Both the position numbers and the translations under genes were made by a program. The notes beneath the pieces were generated by a model. That model had not been told where the DNA came from. It was given only the letters and a program-made list of their open reading frames with translations, and did no database searches. Of a stretch of DNA of 35,132 bases, positions 1-9,105 are shown one piece after another; within the stretch, counting starts at the first letter, position 1; each line of letters begins with the position of its first letter. The stretch spans positions 1 through 35,132 of the forward strand of contig JAZDDX010000033.1 in the NCBI GenBank assembly GCA_043809315.1, in the 5' to 3' direction. The DNA comes from Pseudomonadota bacterium. GTDB lineage: Bacteria; Bdellovibrionota_G; JALEGL01; DATDPG01.

Positions 1-305
1 GTCTTTACGATCACTCCGTGCTCCACGAGACTTCGAATGGCGGGCAAAAGAGCCCGGCGGGAGAGGCCGACACCTCGGTCGAGGCGGACGCCGTCCCTTC
101 GGCGGATCCCCCCGAGCATTTGAGACAGGGCAATCGCGTCCTCACGTTTCTTGAAACCGAACGTCCGGCGGCAGATGTAGAGAAGGACACGCAGCTCCGC
201 GAGTGATAGATCGACCATCAATTGGTCGAACAGCTCGTCGGGAACCGGCGTGTACGTCGGAACCGAAAAACCGGTGAAGGGGGTTAGAGCCTGGTCGGCA
301 CTCAT
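1..305 (-). CDS. Phage replication protein O-like winged-helix replication initiator, N-terminal part (runs off the left edge)
   Basis: Translated by hand; not in the ORF track. ATG at 305 (alternative ATG at 311) is open to base 1: MSADQALTPFTGFSVPTYTPVPDELFDQLMVDLSLAELRVLLYICRRTFGFKKREDAIALSQMLGGIRRRDGVRLDRGVGLSRRALLPAIRSLVEHGVIVK. The pattern T.VPDELFD...LS.AEL.VLLYI.RRTFGF.K..D.I.LSQ is typical of Phage_rep_O-like N-termini. Confidence 0.75.
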   Translation of the reverse strand, partial: MSADQALTPFTGFSVPTYTPVPDELFDQLMVDLSLAELRVLLYICRRTFGFKKREDAIALSQMLGGIRRRDGVRLDRGVGLSRRALLPAIRSLVEHGVIVK

Positions 306-324
306 CGGCATTTTTCGCCCCCAG

Positions 325-343
325 GGATAACATCTGGATAACA
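325..343. repeat. Tandem direct repeat GGATAACA x2, 11-bp period, DnaA-box-like
   Basis: GGATAACA at 325-332 and 336-343, just upstream of the rep start. TCTGGATAA is one mismatch from the DnaA box TGTGGATAA. Confidence 0.35.
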
Positions 344-594
344 GGTCCCCGGAAATCGCGGGAAAATCGCCTAATGCGTACTAATCGGGAGGTGGCTATC
401 TGCTTGTTATTTCATTAAAAGCCAGATCTACTCTGGCCCGGCGAGGCGACGCCTGCATTCCCGTCCGCCCCGCCAATTTCCAAAATCGCGGGCCATCTTG
501 GCTCACTCCACCCCGGGTCGAACTCCCCTGGTTTTTGCCGCCAATCGCGCTACGCTAGTTTCCAAACAGCCTGACCACGAGTTAGGAGAAACCT

Positions 595-1755
595 ATGAAG
601 ACTTGGATTTCTTGCGTCGCATTTCTCGGCATGGTGTTCGCGCTTTCCTGCGGAGGGGGAGACGGTAGCGGCGGGAACGGACCGTCCATCGAGTTCACGA
701 AAGGGGCGATGGGATCGCTCCCTTCGGTGTACAGCAGCACGGCGCCAACGATGTCGCTCCAATCCCATGCCCTCACCGGGACCATCACGGCCTACTCGTC
801 GCTGGTGAGTCTCTTCAAACAGGAATGCCAGCTCGGTTCCACCGAGAACTACTGCCCCCCGACTCTGCACCCCGACTTCGAAAGCCTCATGGACCCGACC
901 CGCTTCGAGATGGGATCGCTGATCGGGATGGTCTACCACGCACAGATGTACACCGGCATTCTGGACGAGACGTGCGAGGGGACGGGGCACACGCCGATGA
1001 CGGTGACGGCGGCTTCCTACAAGGCCGCCAGCACCGATGCGAGCGCCGATCCGACGCGGTTCATCCTGGATAATTATTCTCTCTACACCTGCCGCGACAC
1101 CAATCTCGACAATCCGAGCGCGCAGACCCGCATGATCTCGACCGCAGCCGACGGCTCCTACCAAGCGGCGCTCACCACCCGTTACAAATACAACACGGGG
1201 ACCGGCGGCGATCAGACCGATTTCTTCCAGGTCTACGTTTCGATCGACAGCGCCGGAACCCCGACATTTCTGGCGTTCAACTTCGCATCGGCGGAACCCC
1301 ACGCCTCGCGGGTCATCCTCCTCACGAATCTCACAAACCATAAGTTCGCCCTGAAGTATTACGTTCCGTCGCAGACGGACAACAACGGCGGGGGGACCTC
1401 ACCCGTGTTCTACGCCGTGGCCACGGGGATCGGCGGCTACGATTACAAGACGGGGACGTGGTATCCCGGGCATTACTACGTGAACTCTCTGGACGACTTC
1501 CACGCCGCCATCGCGCTTTGTGTCGACAATGAGGCAAAGACATTCGACACCGACCTGGCGGCCTGTGATACGGCGGGCGTACCCAGCAGCTGGACGGCTT
1601 CCGACACCGACAAGATCAAGACGTATCTCGAGATCTCGGCTACGGATGCGGGAAGGATCGGGCCCTTCCTGGAGAAGTTCGCGACGAGCGATCAACTTTC
1701 CGACGCGGACGATTCGACGAGCGCCGACCTCTATTTTCCGGCGTCACTTCCCTGA
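595..1755 (+). CDS. Hypothetical lipoprotein (386 aa)
   Basis: AGGAG RBS upstream; signal peptide with lipobox (ALSC) followed by a Gly linker; strong GC3 bias; Thr/Ser/Tyr-rich with several Cys. Confidence 0.8.
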   Translation: MKTWISCVAFLGMVFALSCGGGDGSGGNGPSIEFTKGAMGSLPSVYSSTAPTMSLQSHALTGTITAYSSLVSLFKQECQLGSTENYCPPTLHPDFESLMDPTRFEMGSLIGMVYHAQMYTGILDETCEGTGHTPMTVTAASYKAASTDASADPTRFILDNYSLYTCRDTNLDNPSAQTRMISTAADGSYQAALTTRYKYNTGTGGDQTDFFQVYVSIDSAGTPTFLAFNFASAEPHASRVILLTNLTNHKFALKYYVPSQTDNNGGGTSPVFYAVATGIGGYDYKTGTWYPGHYYVNSLDDFHAAIALCVDNEAKTFDTDLAACDTAGVPSSWTASDTDKIKTYLEISATDAGRIGPFLEKFATSDQLSDADDSTSADLYFPASLP

Positions 1756-2256
1756 CCGAAGCATCTCTCGATACGAACCGGCAAGTAATGAATCGGGCTT
1801 AACTCCAAACTCCGACAAGAGCCGATTCACTTTGGTCCGCTCGCTTTCCTCTTCCTCCGGGCGGTCATAAACGGCTTCGAACTCGAGAAACGATCCGAGA
1901 TTCTTCACTTCATCCAGATGAATTCGCACATTCTGAAGCAAGTAGATCGAGCGTTGCTTTTCGACCACCACTTCGATCCCGAGAATCTCGTCGAGCAGCG
2001 CCTTCACGGCCCGAACCTCCGGGATCGGAATCATCTGGTAGTCACTCACCTTCGGTCCGGTCGTATCGGGCCGAAGATAGGGGATCAGCTGTGCTCCCTT
2101 CCCTTCAATTTCTCTAATCTTGAGCCGCCCGGACCGGGTGGCGAAGTACGTGTCGATTTGATGCTGTACACTGTCGAAACGGGCTCCCAACCTTTCCGCA
2201 CAAGTCTTTCCCCTCTTGAGGTCGGGATAAGTACACTTGATCTCAACGTTCGGCAC
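1744..2256 (-). CDS. CYTH-domain protein (class IV adenylate cyclase / triphosphate tunnel metalloenzyme family)
   Basis: GTG start at 2256 gives MPNVEIKC. Motifs QIDTYF, GRLKIRE, V.K.R.IY, VRIHLDEV..LG.FLEFEAV and the C-terminal SY are present. Confidence 0.9.
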   Translation of the reverse strand: MPNVEIKCTYPDLKRGKTCAERLGARFDSVQHQIDTYFATRSGRLKIREIEGKGAQLIPYLRPDTTGPKVSDYQMIPIPEVRAVKALLDEILGIEVVVEKQRSIYLLQNVRIHLDEVKNLGSFLEFEAVYDRPEEEESERTKVNRLLSEFGVKPDSLLAGSYREMLRSGK

Positions 2257-2962
2257 GACGCCGGTCGGCCTTCCTTTCGACAAACTCAATTCTCGGTGGT
2301 CCTTCTTTGATCAACTCCCCTTGCAGTCTCTGCTCGCGGGCCGCTTCCTCCTGGGCTTTGCGAACTTCCTCATCCTTCCGGATCGCCCCGATCATGGAGA
2401 GAATCTGAAGGGGGATATGTTCGTCGTACCGGTTGATGATGGTGTAGTTGAGCTCCAAACGTTCCAAGATCGCCAAGGTCTTGAAATGGAGATCTTCGGC
2501 CTGCTTCTCATCTTCGTTTCGCCCGAACGACTCGAAGCGGGTGAGTTTTCGGGAGACGAGGTAGTGCGTGTAGCGGTGCTTCTCCTTTACCGCCAAATCA
2601 AAAAGCGTTCGCGCGATCTCGCTTTGGTCTCCGTGATAAAAGGCCGAATAGACCGCACTGATGACGAGTGGGGCCTCGCAGATGAGAATGTCGAACTCTG
2701 AAGGATAAATATCCTCCAGCTCCTTCTGCTCCCGGAATTTCTGCATTTCGAATTCGGGAGGGGAGAAATCGGTCCCCTTATAGAAATGCCACTTCGCCAC
2801 TTCCGGAACAGAGTCCGCGTGAAACGAGAAGAGCTTGCTGAAGTAAAGAAGCCCCGAAGCCAACGTCGATTTTCCCGACCCGGGGGCGCCCAAGATCGCC
2901 AAGCGCAAGTGTTCGGTATCATTGGGAACATAGCCGCCGGTCAGATGGACAAATGGTCTCAT
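2243..2962 (-). CDS. P-loop NTPase, NadR/Ttd14-like (AAA_28) nucleotide-kinase fold
   Basis: Walker A GAPGSGKST after the hydrophobic strand RLAIL; VPE.AK, ILICEAP and GRNE motifs; overlaps the CYTH start by 14 nt. Confidence 0.75.
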   Translation of the reverse strand: MRPFVHLTGGYVPNDTEHLRLAILGAPGSGKSTLASGLLYFSKLFSFHADSVPEVAKWHFYKGTDFSPPEFEMQKFREQKELEDIYPSEFDILICEAPLVISAVYSAFYHGDQSEIARTLFDLAVKEKHRYTHYLVSRKLTRFESFGRNEDEKQAEDLHFKTLAILERLELNYTIINRYDEHIPLQILSMIGAIRKDEEVRKAQEEAAREQRLQGELIKEGPPRIEFVERKADRRRAER

Positions 2963-3081
2963 GAGATTCCTTTTGGAAGACGCCCGGAGCCTCTTATTGC
3001 ATGCCCATTCTCGAATGCAAAGATCAGATTTGCACTTTTGAATTTTTAGCTATCGGCTTCGATTTGAGCGATCTTTTCGAG

Positions 3082-3678
3082 ATGCGCTGGAAGCTCTTCT
3101 TGCTCGGTTTTTTGACGCTGTTCCTGGAGCTGATCCTGATCCGTTACCTGGCCGGGAACGTTTGGAACCTGGGTTATTTCTCGAACCTTGTTCTCCTGGC
3201 GGTCTTCATCGGGATGGGGGCCGGCTTTGTCTTCCACCCGAAGATCGACGATCGCCGCTCGCCGTTCTTTTTCATGCTTTCGACCGTCGTCCTTTCGATC
3301 CTGCTCGGATTCGCCTATCTCTTTCATCCCGCGATTCCGGGATTCGACCAATCGTCCGGAGTGATCGGCAACGAGCTGTACTTCAGCGACTCCATGGCCG
3401 AAAGCGGTCCCTTAAGCTACTGGACGTTCTTGTTCTGGTTTGTGGCGACCATCACGGTTTTCTTTTTTCTCTGCCAATACAAAGCCAAGATCTTCCGGTC
3501 GCTCGCCCCACTGACCGCTTACACGCTGGATATCGTCGGGGCCTGCTGCGGGATTCTTCTCTTCATGCTGCTCAGCTGGTTCCATTTTCCGGCTTGGAGC
3601 TGGCTGCTCCTGGCGGCTCTGACCTATGCGTCGATCCTGGCCCGGTCGCGCCCTTCCGTCCGCCTCGCCGATTCCTAG
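3082..3678 (+). pseudogene. N-terminal multi-TM fragment of a spermidine-synthase-like membrane protein, apparently truncated (198 aa)
   Basis: LFLELILIRYL..NV..LGYFSNLVLLAVFIGMG.G and AYTLDIVG.CCG match the N-terminal TM region of long membrane-anchored aminopropyltransferase-like proteins. No SAM-binding domain follows, and the stop overlaps the convergent gabD stop (CTAG, 3675-3678). Confidence 0.55.
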
Positions 3679-5138
3679 GACCGCGCTTCGATCCCGCCCA
3701 GGCAAAGGTATTTCAGTTCCAAGAACTCTTCGATCCCATACTTGGAACCCTCGCGACCGATGCCGGACTGTTTCATTCCCCCGAACGGAATGACTTCCAT
3801 GGAAATGGCCCCCTCGTTGATTCCGATCATTCCGTACTCCAACGCTTCGGAAACGCGGCAGACTCTCCCAACGTCGCGGGTGTAAAGATACGCGGCCAAG
3901 CCATACTCCGTGGCGTTGGCCAACTCGATGGCGTCCCTCTCCGATGTAAAACGGAACAACGGAGCCACGGGACCGAAAATCTCTTCCTTGGCCACCCTCA
4001 TGTTCCTCGTGACGTTGGTTAGAATCGTCGGTTCAAAAAATGTTCCGCCCAGCGGATGACGTTTTCCCCCCAAAACAATCTTGGCCCCCTGGCTCGTGGC
4101 ATCCGCGATGTACTCTTCCACCTTCTCCACGGCGTTCCGATCCATGAGTGGACCTTGCTGGCAGTCGGGTTCCAGACCGTTCCCCACCTTCAGCAACTGC
4201 ACGGCTCTGGTTAGCTTTTCAGCAAAGAGATTGTAAACCTCATCCTGAACGAGAAAGCGATTCGCGCAGACACAGGTCTGGCCGGAGTTCCGAAACTTCG
4301 AAGCCATCGCCCCAGTCACGGCCGCATCCAAATCGGCGTCCCCAAAGACGATGAACGGAGCATTTCCTCCAAGCTCCAAAGAGATCCGCTTCACCGTGTC
4401 GGCGCATTGTCTCATCAAGAGTCTTCCCACTTCGGTCGAACCGGTGAACGTGAGTTTTCGCACGAGAGAATTGCCCGTGAGTTCGCCCCCGATCACTTCC
4501 GGCACACCGGTAACCAGATTGATGACCCCCTTCGGGAAGCCGGCGCGCTCCGCCAGTACACACAACGCTATAGCCGAAAACGGAGTTTGTTCCGCCGGTT
4601 TGATGACGAGGGTACAGCCGGCAGCCAGGGCGGGTCCTGCTTTGCGGGTCAGCATCGCGGATGGGAAGTTCCACGGCGTGATCGCAGCGCAAACTCCAAT
4701 CGGCTCCTTCGTAACGATGATCCGTCGGTCAGAAAAGGGGGATGGGATCGTATCGCCATAGACTCGTTTCCCCTCTTCCGCAAACCATTCGAGAAAGGAG
4801 GCGGCATATGCGATCTCGCTTCTCGATTCCGTCAACGGTTTCCCTTGTTCGACGGTCATCAGAACGGCGAGATCTTCTTGATTCTCCATCATGAGTTCAG
4901 ACCATCTTCGTAAGAGATGGGCTCTTTGTCGGGCCGTTTGAGCCCGCCAAAGTGGAAAGGCGGTCCCCGCCGCGTCGATCGCTTCCCGTGTTTCCGTAAC
5001 GTCTACGCTTGGGACGGTTCCTACCGTTTCCCCAGATGCCGGATTGGAAATCGCCAAGGTTTTTCCGTCCTCGGCATTCCTCCATTGTCCGTTGATGAAA
5101 CATTGTTGGCGGAAGAGGCGAGGATCTTTGAGTTTCAT
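3675..5138 (-). CDS. gabD: NAD(P)-dependent succinate-semialdehyde dehydrogenase
   Basis: Start MKLKDPRLFRQQ at 5138 with a GAAGGA RBS. Motifs ITPWNFP, FTGSTEVG, LELGGNAP, FRNSGQTCVC (catalytic Cys), EEIFGP and GREGSKYG. Confidence 0.93.
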   Translation of the reverse strand: MKLKDPRLFRQQCFINGQWRNAEDGKTLAISNPASGETVGTVPSVDVTETREAIDAAGTAFPLWRAQTARQRAHLLRRWSELMMENQEDLAVLMTVEQGKPLTESRSEIAYAASFLEWFAEEGKRVYGDTIPSPFSDRRIIVTKEPIGVCAAITPWNFPSAMLTRKAGPALAAGCTLVIKPAEQTPFSAIALCVLAERAGFPKGVINLVTGVPEVIGGELTGNSLVRKLTFTGSTEVGRLLMRQCADTVKRISLELGGNAPFIVFGDADLDAAVTGAMASKFRNSGQTCVCANRFLVQDEVYNLFAEKLTRAVQLLKVGNGLEPDCQQGPLMDRNAVEKVEEYIADATSQGAKIVLGGKRHPLGGTFFEPTILTNVTRNMRVAKEEIFGPVAPLFRFTSERDAIELANATEYGLAAYLYTRDVGRVCRVSEALEYGMIGINEGAISMEVIPFGGMKQSGIGREGSKYGIEEFLELKYLCLGGIEARS

Positions 5139-5233
5139 GCGACGTCCTTCCTTTGAGTTTGAGGATAACCAGAGTATTAACAACAAGTTAAGACATTCGA
5201 CTGCAATTGTTTACAAAATCCTGATCCGGGACC

Positions 5234-5262
5234 TTGACCTCCTTGGCCCGGGTAGGTATGCG
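5234..5262 (+). promoter_or_regulatory. Sigma-70-type promoter ending 7 nt before ATG 5270 (leaderless-type)
   Basis: TTGACC-N17-TATGCG-N7-ATG. Confidence 0.4.
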
Positions 5263-5269
5263 GGATATC

Positions 5270-5482
5270 ATGGAAACAACCACATCCACTCGCTACAAGA
5301 CGAATACCAAGACCACGTATCCGAGAAGCACCAAAACGACGTCTACGAACCTTCTGACGTCGGACCAGCGTGAGCGCCTGATCCGCGAACTGGCTTACTC
5401 CTTGGCGGAGCGGGACAATTTCTGCGGCAACCCGACCGAGTACTGGCTGGAAGCTGAACGTAGGGTCGACGCGCGGCTGTAA
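5270..5482 (+). CDS. DUF2934-like small protein (70 aa)
   Basis: C-terminal IRELAYSLAE..NF.G....YWLEAERRV matches the DUF2934 pattern; the N-terminus is Thr-rich. Confidence 0.75.
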   Translation: METTTSTRYKTNTKTTYPRSTKTTSTNLLTSDQRERLIRELAYSLAERDNFCGNPTEYWLEAERRVDARL

Positions 5483-5492
5483 GGCGCGTGGT

Positions 5493-7451
5493 TTAGTCTC
5501 TCGCCGGTTGATTCCGGCGCCACTTGAGGACAACCGTTGCCAGCGGCGGCAGGTTGACCGTGACGGAGTGAGGCCGTCCATGCCACCATCGCGGCTCACT
5601 CCAGGTTCCCCCCAGGTTCCCGATATTCGATCCCCCGTAGACTTCGGAGTCGCTGTTTAACAGCTCCTCCCAGTGTCCCGCCTCGGGTACGCCGAGGATG
5701 TAGCTGTATCGGGGGACCGTTGTGAAGTTCGTCACGAAAAGGAGAATCTCCTCGCCGATTTCATCCCGGCGGATGAGGGAGATCGTGCTTTGCTCCGCGT
5801 CGTTGCAGTCGATCCACTCGAACCCGCGCGGTTCGAAATCGAGAACGGACATCGCCTTTTCGGTCCGATAGAGATGGTTCAGATCCCGGACCCACTGGCG
5901 CAATCCGGCGTGGTGCCGGTATTGGAGAACGTGCCACTCCAGGCTCTCCTCCACCACCCACTCCCGGAATTGCCCGAACTCCCCCCCCATGAAAAGGAGT
6001 TTCTTGCCGGACTGAGCGTACATGTACCCGAACAGCGCCCGCATGTTGGCGAACTGCTGCCATTGGTCCCCCGGCATCTTGCCGATCAACGAACCTTTCC
6101 CATGGGTTACCTCGTCGTGGGAAAGAGGGAGAACGAAGTTCTCGTGGTAGGCATAGAGCATCCGGAACGAGAGTAGATTGTGGTGGAATTTCCGATAGAT
6201 CGAATCCTTCGACATGTACTTGAGCGTGTCGTGCATCCACCCCATGTCCCATTTCATGCCGAACCCCAAGCCGCCGACATGGGTCGGCCGCGAAACCATC
6301 CCCCAGGAGGTCGACTCCTCGGCGATCGTCTGGACGTCCGGGTAGTTCCGGTAGATCTCTGCGTTCAACGTCCGGAGGAACTCGATCGCCTCGATGTTCT
6401 CCTTCCCGCCGTACTGGTTCGGAATCCACTCCCCCGCCTTGCGGGAATAGTCGAGGTAAAGCATCGACGCGACGGCATCGACCCGGATTCCGTCGGCGTG
6501 GAACCGATCCAGCCAGAAGAGGGCGCTGGAGATCAGGAAGCTCCGGACTTCGTTCCGGCCGTAATTGAAGATGTAGCTCTTCCAGTCCGGATGGAACCCT
6601 TTCCGGGAGTCGGCATGTTCGAATAGGTGCGTCCCATCAAAATCCCCCAACCCATGCCCGTCACAGGGAAAGTGGGATGGAACCCAATCGAGGATGACTC
6701 CCACACCCGCTTGGTGTAAGCAGTCTACGAAGTAGGCAAAATCTTCCGGATTTCCATACCGACTGGTAGGGGCGAAATACCCCAAGCTCTGGTACCCCCA
6801 GGAGAGGTAATAGGGGTGCTCCATGATCGGGAGGAGTTGGACATGGGTGAACCCCATCCACTTGCAATAATCGGCTAGTTTCGGACCCAGCTCACGATAG
6901 GTCAGTGACCGGTTCCCTTCCTCGGGGACCCTCATCCACGACCCCAGATGGACTTCATAGATTGAAATCGGAGCTTTGTGGGAGTTCTGGGTCCCCCGCG
7001 TCTGCATCCAGCTTCGGTCGCTCCAGCGGTGCTCCCCTTGCCAGACGATCGAGGCGCTTTTTGGCGGGGTCTCGAACATCCGGGCGAACGGGTCAGCCTT
7101 TTCCGCCTCATACCCGTGGAACTTCGACTTGATGAAGTACTTGTAGCAGGCACCGGTCGTGATCCCGGGGATGAATCCTTCCCAAATCCCTGACGAGCCG
7201 CGGTGGTGAAGAAGGGTGGCATACCGGTCCCACCGGTTGAAGTTCCCGATGACCGAGACATGCGTCGCATCGGGGGCCCAAACGGCAAAATAGGTTCCGT
7301 TGATACCGTTCACGCTGACCGGGTGGGACCCGAGCTTTTCGTAGAGACGGAAATGCCTTCCTTCGTTGAAGAGATGGATATCGTCGTTCGTCAGAAGGGA
7401 AAAACCTTCGCTCGTCCGACTGTCTCGTCCTTTTTCCATTGTCATTTCCAT
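5493..7451 (-). CDS. glgB: 1,4-alpha-glucan branching enzyme (GH13, short N-terminus type)
   Basis: FAVWAP, IYEVHLGSW, WGYQ, DWVPSHF; catalytic RVDAVASM, AEES and SHDEV motifs. The start is among ATG 7451, 7445 and 7439. Confidence 0.96.
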   Translation of the reverse strand: MEMTMEKGRDSRTSEGFSLLTNDDIHLFNEGRHFRLYEKLGSHPVSVNGINGTYFAVWAPDATHVSVIGNFNRWDRYATLLHHRGSSGIWEGFIPGITTGACYKYFIKSKFHGYEAEKADPFARMFETPPKSASIVWQGEHRWSDRSWMQTRGTQNSHKAPISIYEVHLGSWMRVPEEGNRSLTYRELGPKLADYCKWMGFTHVQLLPIMEHPYYLSWGYQSLGYFAPTSRYGNPEDFAYFVDCLHQAGVGVILDWVPSHFPCDGHGLGDFDGTHLFEHADSRKGFHPDWKSYIFNYGRNEVRSFLISSALFWLDRFHADGIRVDAVASMLYLDYSRKAGEWIPNQYGGKENIEAIEFLRTLNAEIYRNYPDVQTIAEESTSWGMVSRPTHVGGLGFGMKWDMGWMHDTLKYMSKDSIYRKFHHNLLSFRMLYAYHENFVLPLSHDEVTHGKGSLIGKMPGDQWQQFANMRALFGYMYAQSGKKLLFMGGEFGQFREWVVEESLEWHVLQYRHHAGLRQWVRDLNHLYRTEKAMSVLDFEPRGFEWIDCNDAEQSTISLIRRDEIGEEILLFVTNFTTVPRYSYILGVPEAGHWEELLNSDSEVYGGSNIGNLGGTWSEPRWWHGRPHSVTVNLPPLATVVLKWRRNQPARD

Positions 7452-7632
7452 TGGTTCGGTCCCCAAGCGTGAATCTGGCAGTGTACGCTTCGCTCGCCCG
7501 TTCGCAAGTCGAAGAGAGGCGCCCGTGACACGATCCGTCATCAACCTACTGAAATTGTTTTGTTTTTTCTTTCAAAGACCTCTGAAAACGCTACATTCCG
7601 GCCCGATTTCGCAATGCGGAGGTAGGTCCGGC

Positions 7633-9105
7633 ATGTACGTCACGATGATCGCCTCGGAGTGCGCTCCGGTCGCCAAGGTCGGCGGCCTGGGGGACGTCGT
7701 CTCCGGTCTGGCGCACGAGTTGGAGATCCGAGGCCACGCGGTCGAGATCATCCTCCCGAAATACGACTGCATGCGGTACGACCAAATCTGGGGGTTGCAG
7801 CAGACCTTCCAAGATCTTTGGGTCCCGTGGCACAACGGGCAGGTCCACTGCACCGTCTGGTTCGGCTTCGTCCACGGCCGAAAGTGCTTCTTCATCGAAC
7901 CGCACTCCCAGGATCAGTTTTTTAACCGGGGAAGCTTTTACGGGTTCTCGGACGAGGCGAAGCGGTTCGCTTTCTTCAGCAAAGCGGCGATGGAGTACCT
8001 CCTGAAGGCGGGAAAACGCCCCGACATCATCCATACGCACGATTGGCAGACCGCCCTTGTGCCGGTCCTCCTCTTCGAGATCTACGCCCACCACGGGATG
8101 GAAAAACAGCGGGTCTGCCACACGATCCACAACTTCAAGCATCAGGGGACCGCCAGCGCCGACATCCTGGTCGCCACGGGCTTAAACCGGTCCGACTACT
8201 TCTTTTCGACCGGCCGGATGCAGGACGACTTCAACCGGTCGGCCCTGAACTTCACGAAAGGGGCGATCCTCTACTCGAACTTCGTCACGACCGTCTCCCC
8301 CCACCATGCCTGGGAGGCGCTGAACTCCGACCAGGGGCACGGCCTCGGCCACACGCTGCACCTGAACCGGGCCAAGTTCGGCGGGATCTTAAACGGCCTC
8401 GATTACGACACCTGGAACCCGGGACTCGATCCGCACATCCCGCACCATTTCAGTGCCGGCCGGATCGACCCGAAGTACGGGAACAAAGAAGCGCTTCGCG
8501 ACCGTTTTTGGCTCCGGAAGGAGTTCAAACCGATCATCTCCTACGTGGGACGCCTCGACACACAGAAGGGGGTCCACCTGATCCGCCATGCGATCTACTA
8601 CTCCATCGCGAACGGAGCGCAGTTTGTCCTCCTCGGGACCAGCCCGGAAAGCGGGATCAATGACTATTTCTTCCATTTGAAGCGCCACCTAAACGACAAC
8701 CCCGACTGCCACTTGGAGCTCGGGTACGACGAGGAGCTTTCGCACCTCATCTACGCCGGTTCCGACATGGTGGTGATACCGAGCATGTTCGAGCCTTGTG
8801 GCCTTGCTCAGATGATCTCGCTCCGGTACGGAACCGTTCCGATCGTGCGCGCGGTCGGCGGGTTGGCCGACACCGTCTTCGACAAGGATCACTCCGACCG
8901 CCCCCCCGAAATGCGAAACGGTTTCGTCTTCGACCATTCCGACCACGCCGGTCTCGAGTCGGCCCTGACGAGGGCGATCGGTCTCTGGTACCTCCATCCG
9001 GACGAATTTCGAAAACTTATGGTCAACGGGATGCGGGCCGACTATTCCTGGAATCAACCGGGACAGCATTACATCGATATCTATGAGTTTATCCGGCACA
9101 AATAG
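7633..9105 (+). CDS. glgA: Glycogen synthase (GT5)
   Basis: GGAGG RBS; SECAPVAKVGGLGDV, HTHDWQ, RL..QKG, PSMFEPCGL.Q and VGGL.DTV motifs. Confidence 0.96.
   Translation: MYVTMIASECAPVAKVGGLGDVVSGLAHELEIRGHAVEIILPKYDCMRYDQIWGLQQTFQDLWVPWHNGQVHCTVWFGFVHGRKCFFIEPHSQDQFFNRGSFYGFSDEAKRFAFFSKAAMEYLLKAGKRPDIIHTHDWQTALVPVLLFEIYAHHGMEKQRVCHTIHNFKHQGTASADILVATGLNRSDYFFSTGRMQDDFNRSALNFTKGAILYSNFVTTVSPHHAWEALNSDQGHGLGHTLHLNRAKFGGILNGLDYDTWNPGLDPHIPHHFSAGRIDPKYGNKEALRDRFWLRKEFKPIISYVGRLDTQKGVHLIRHAIYYSIANGAQFVLLGTSPESGINDYFFHLKRHLNDNPDCHLELGYDEELSHLIYAGSDMVVIPSMFEPCGLAQMISLRYGTVPIVRAVGGLADTVFDKDHSDRPPEMRNGFVFDHSDHAGLESALTRAIGLWYLHPDEFRKLMVNGMRADYSWNQPGQHYIDIYEFIRHK

Noticed and set aside
18-206. Plus-strand 62-aa ORF (and 142..333 minus)
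   Set aside because: These are shadows of the minus-strand replication-initiator frame, which has recognisable motifs.
550-1341. Long antisense/alternate-frame ORFs (e.g. 550..1341, 3162..4022, 10562..11761, 14645..15547, 15560..16765, 22862..23677, 31050..31865)
   Set aside because: They are Arg/Pro/Gly-rich, motif-free frames overlapping well-supported genes, as expected in high-GC DNA.
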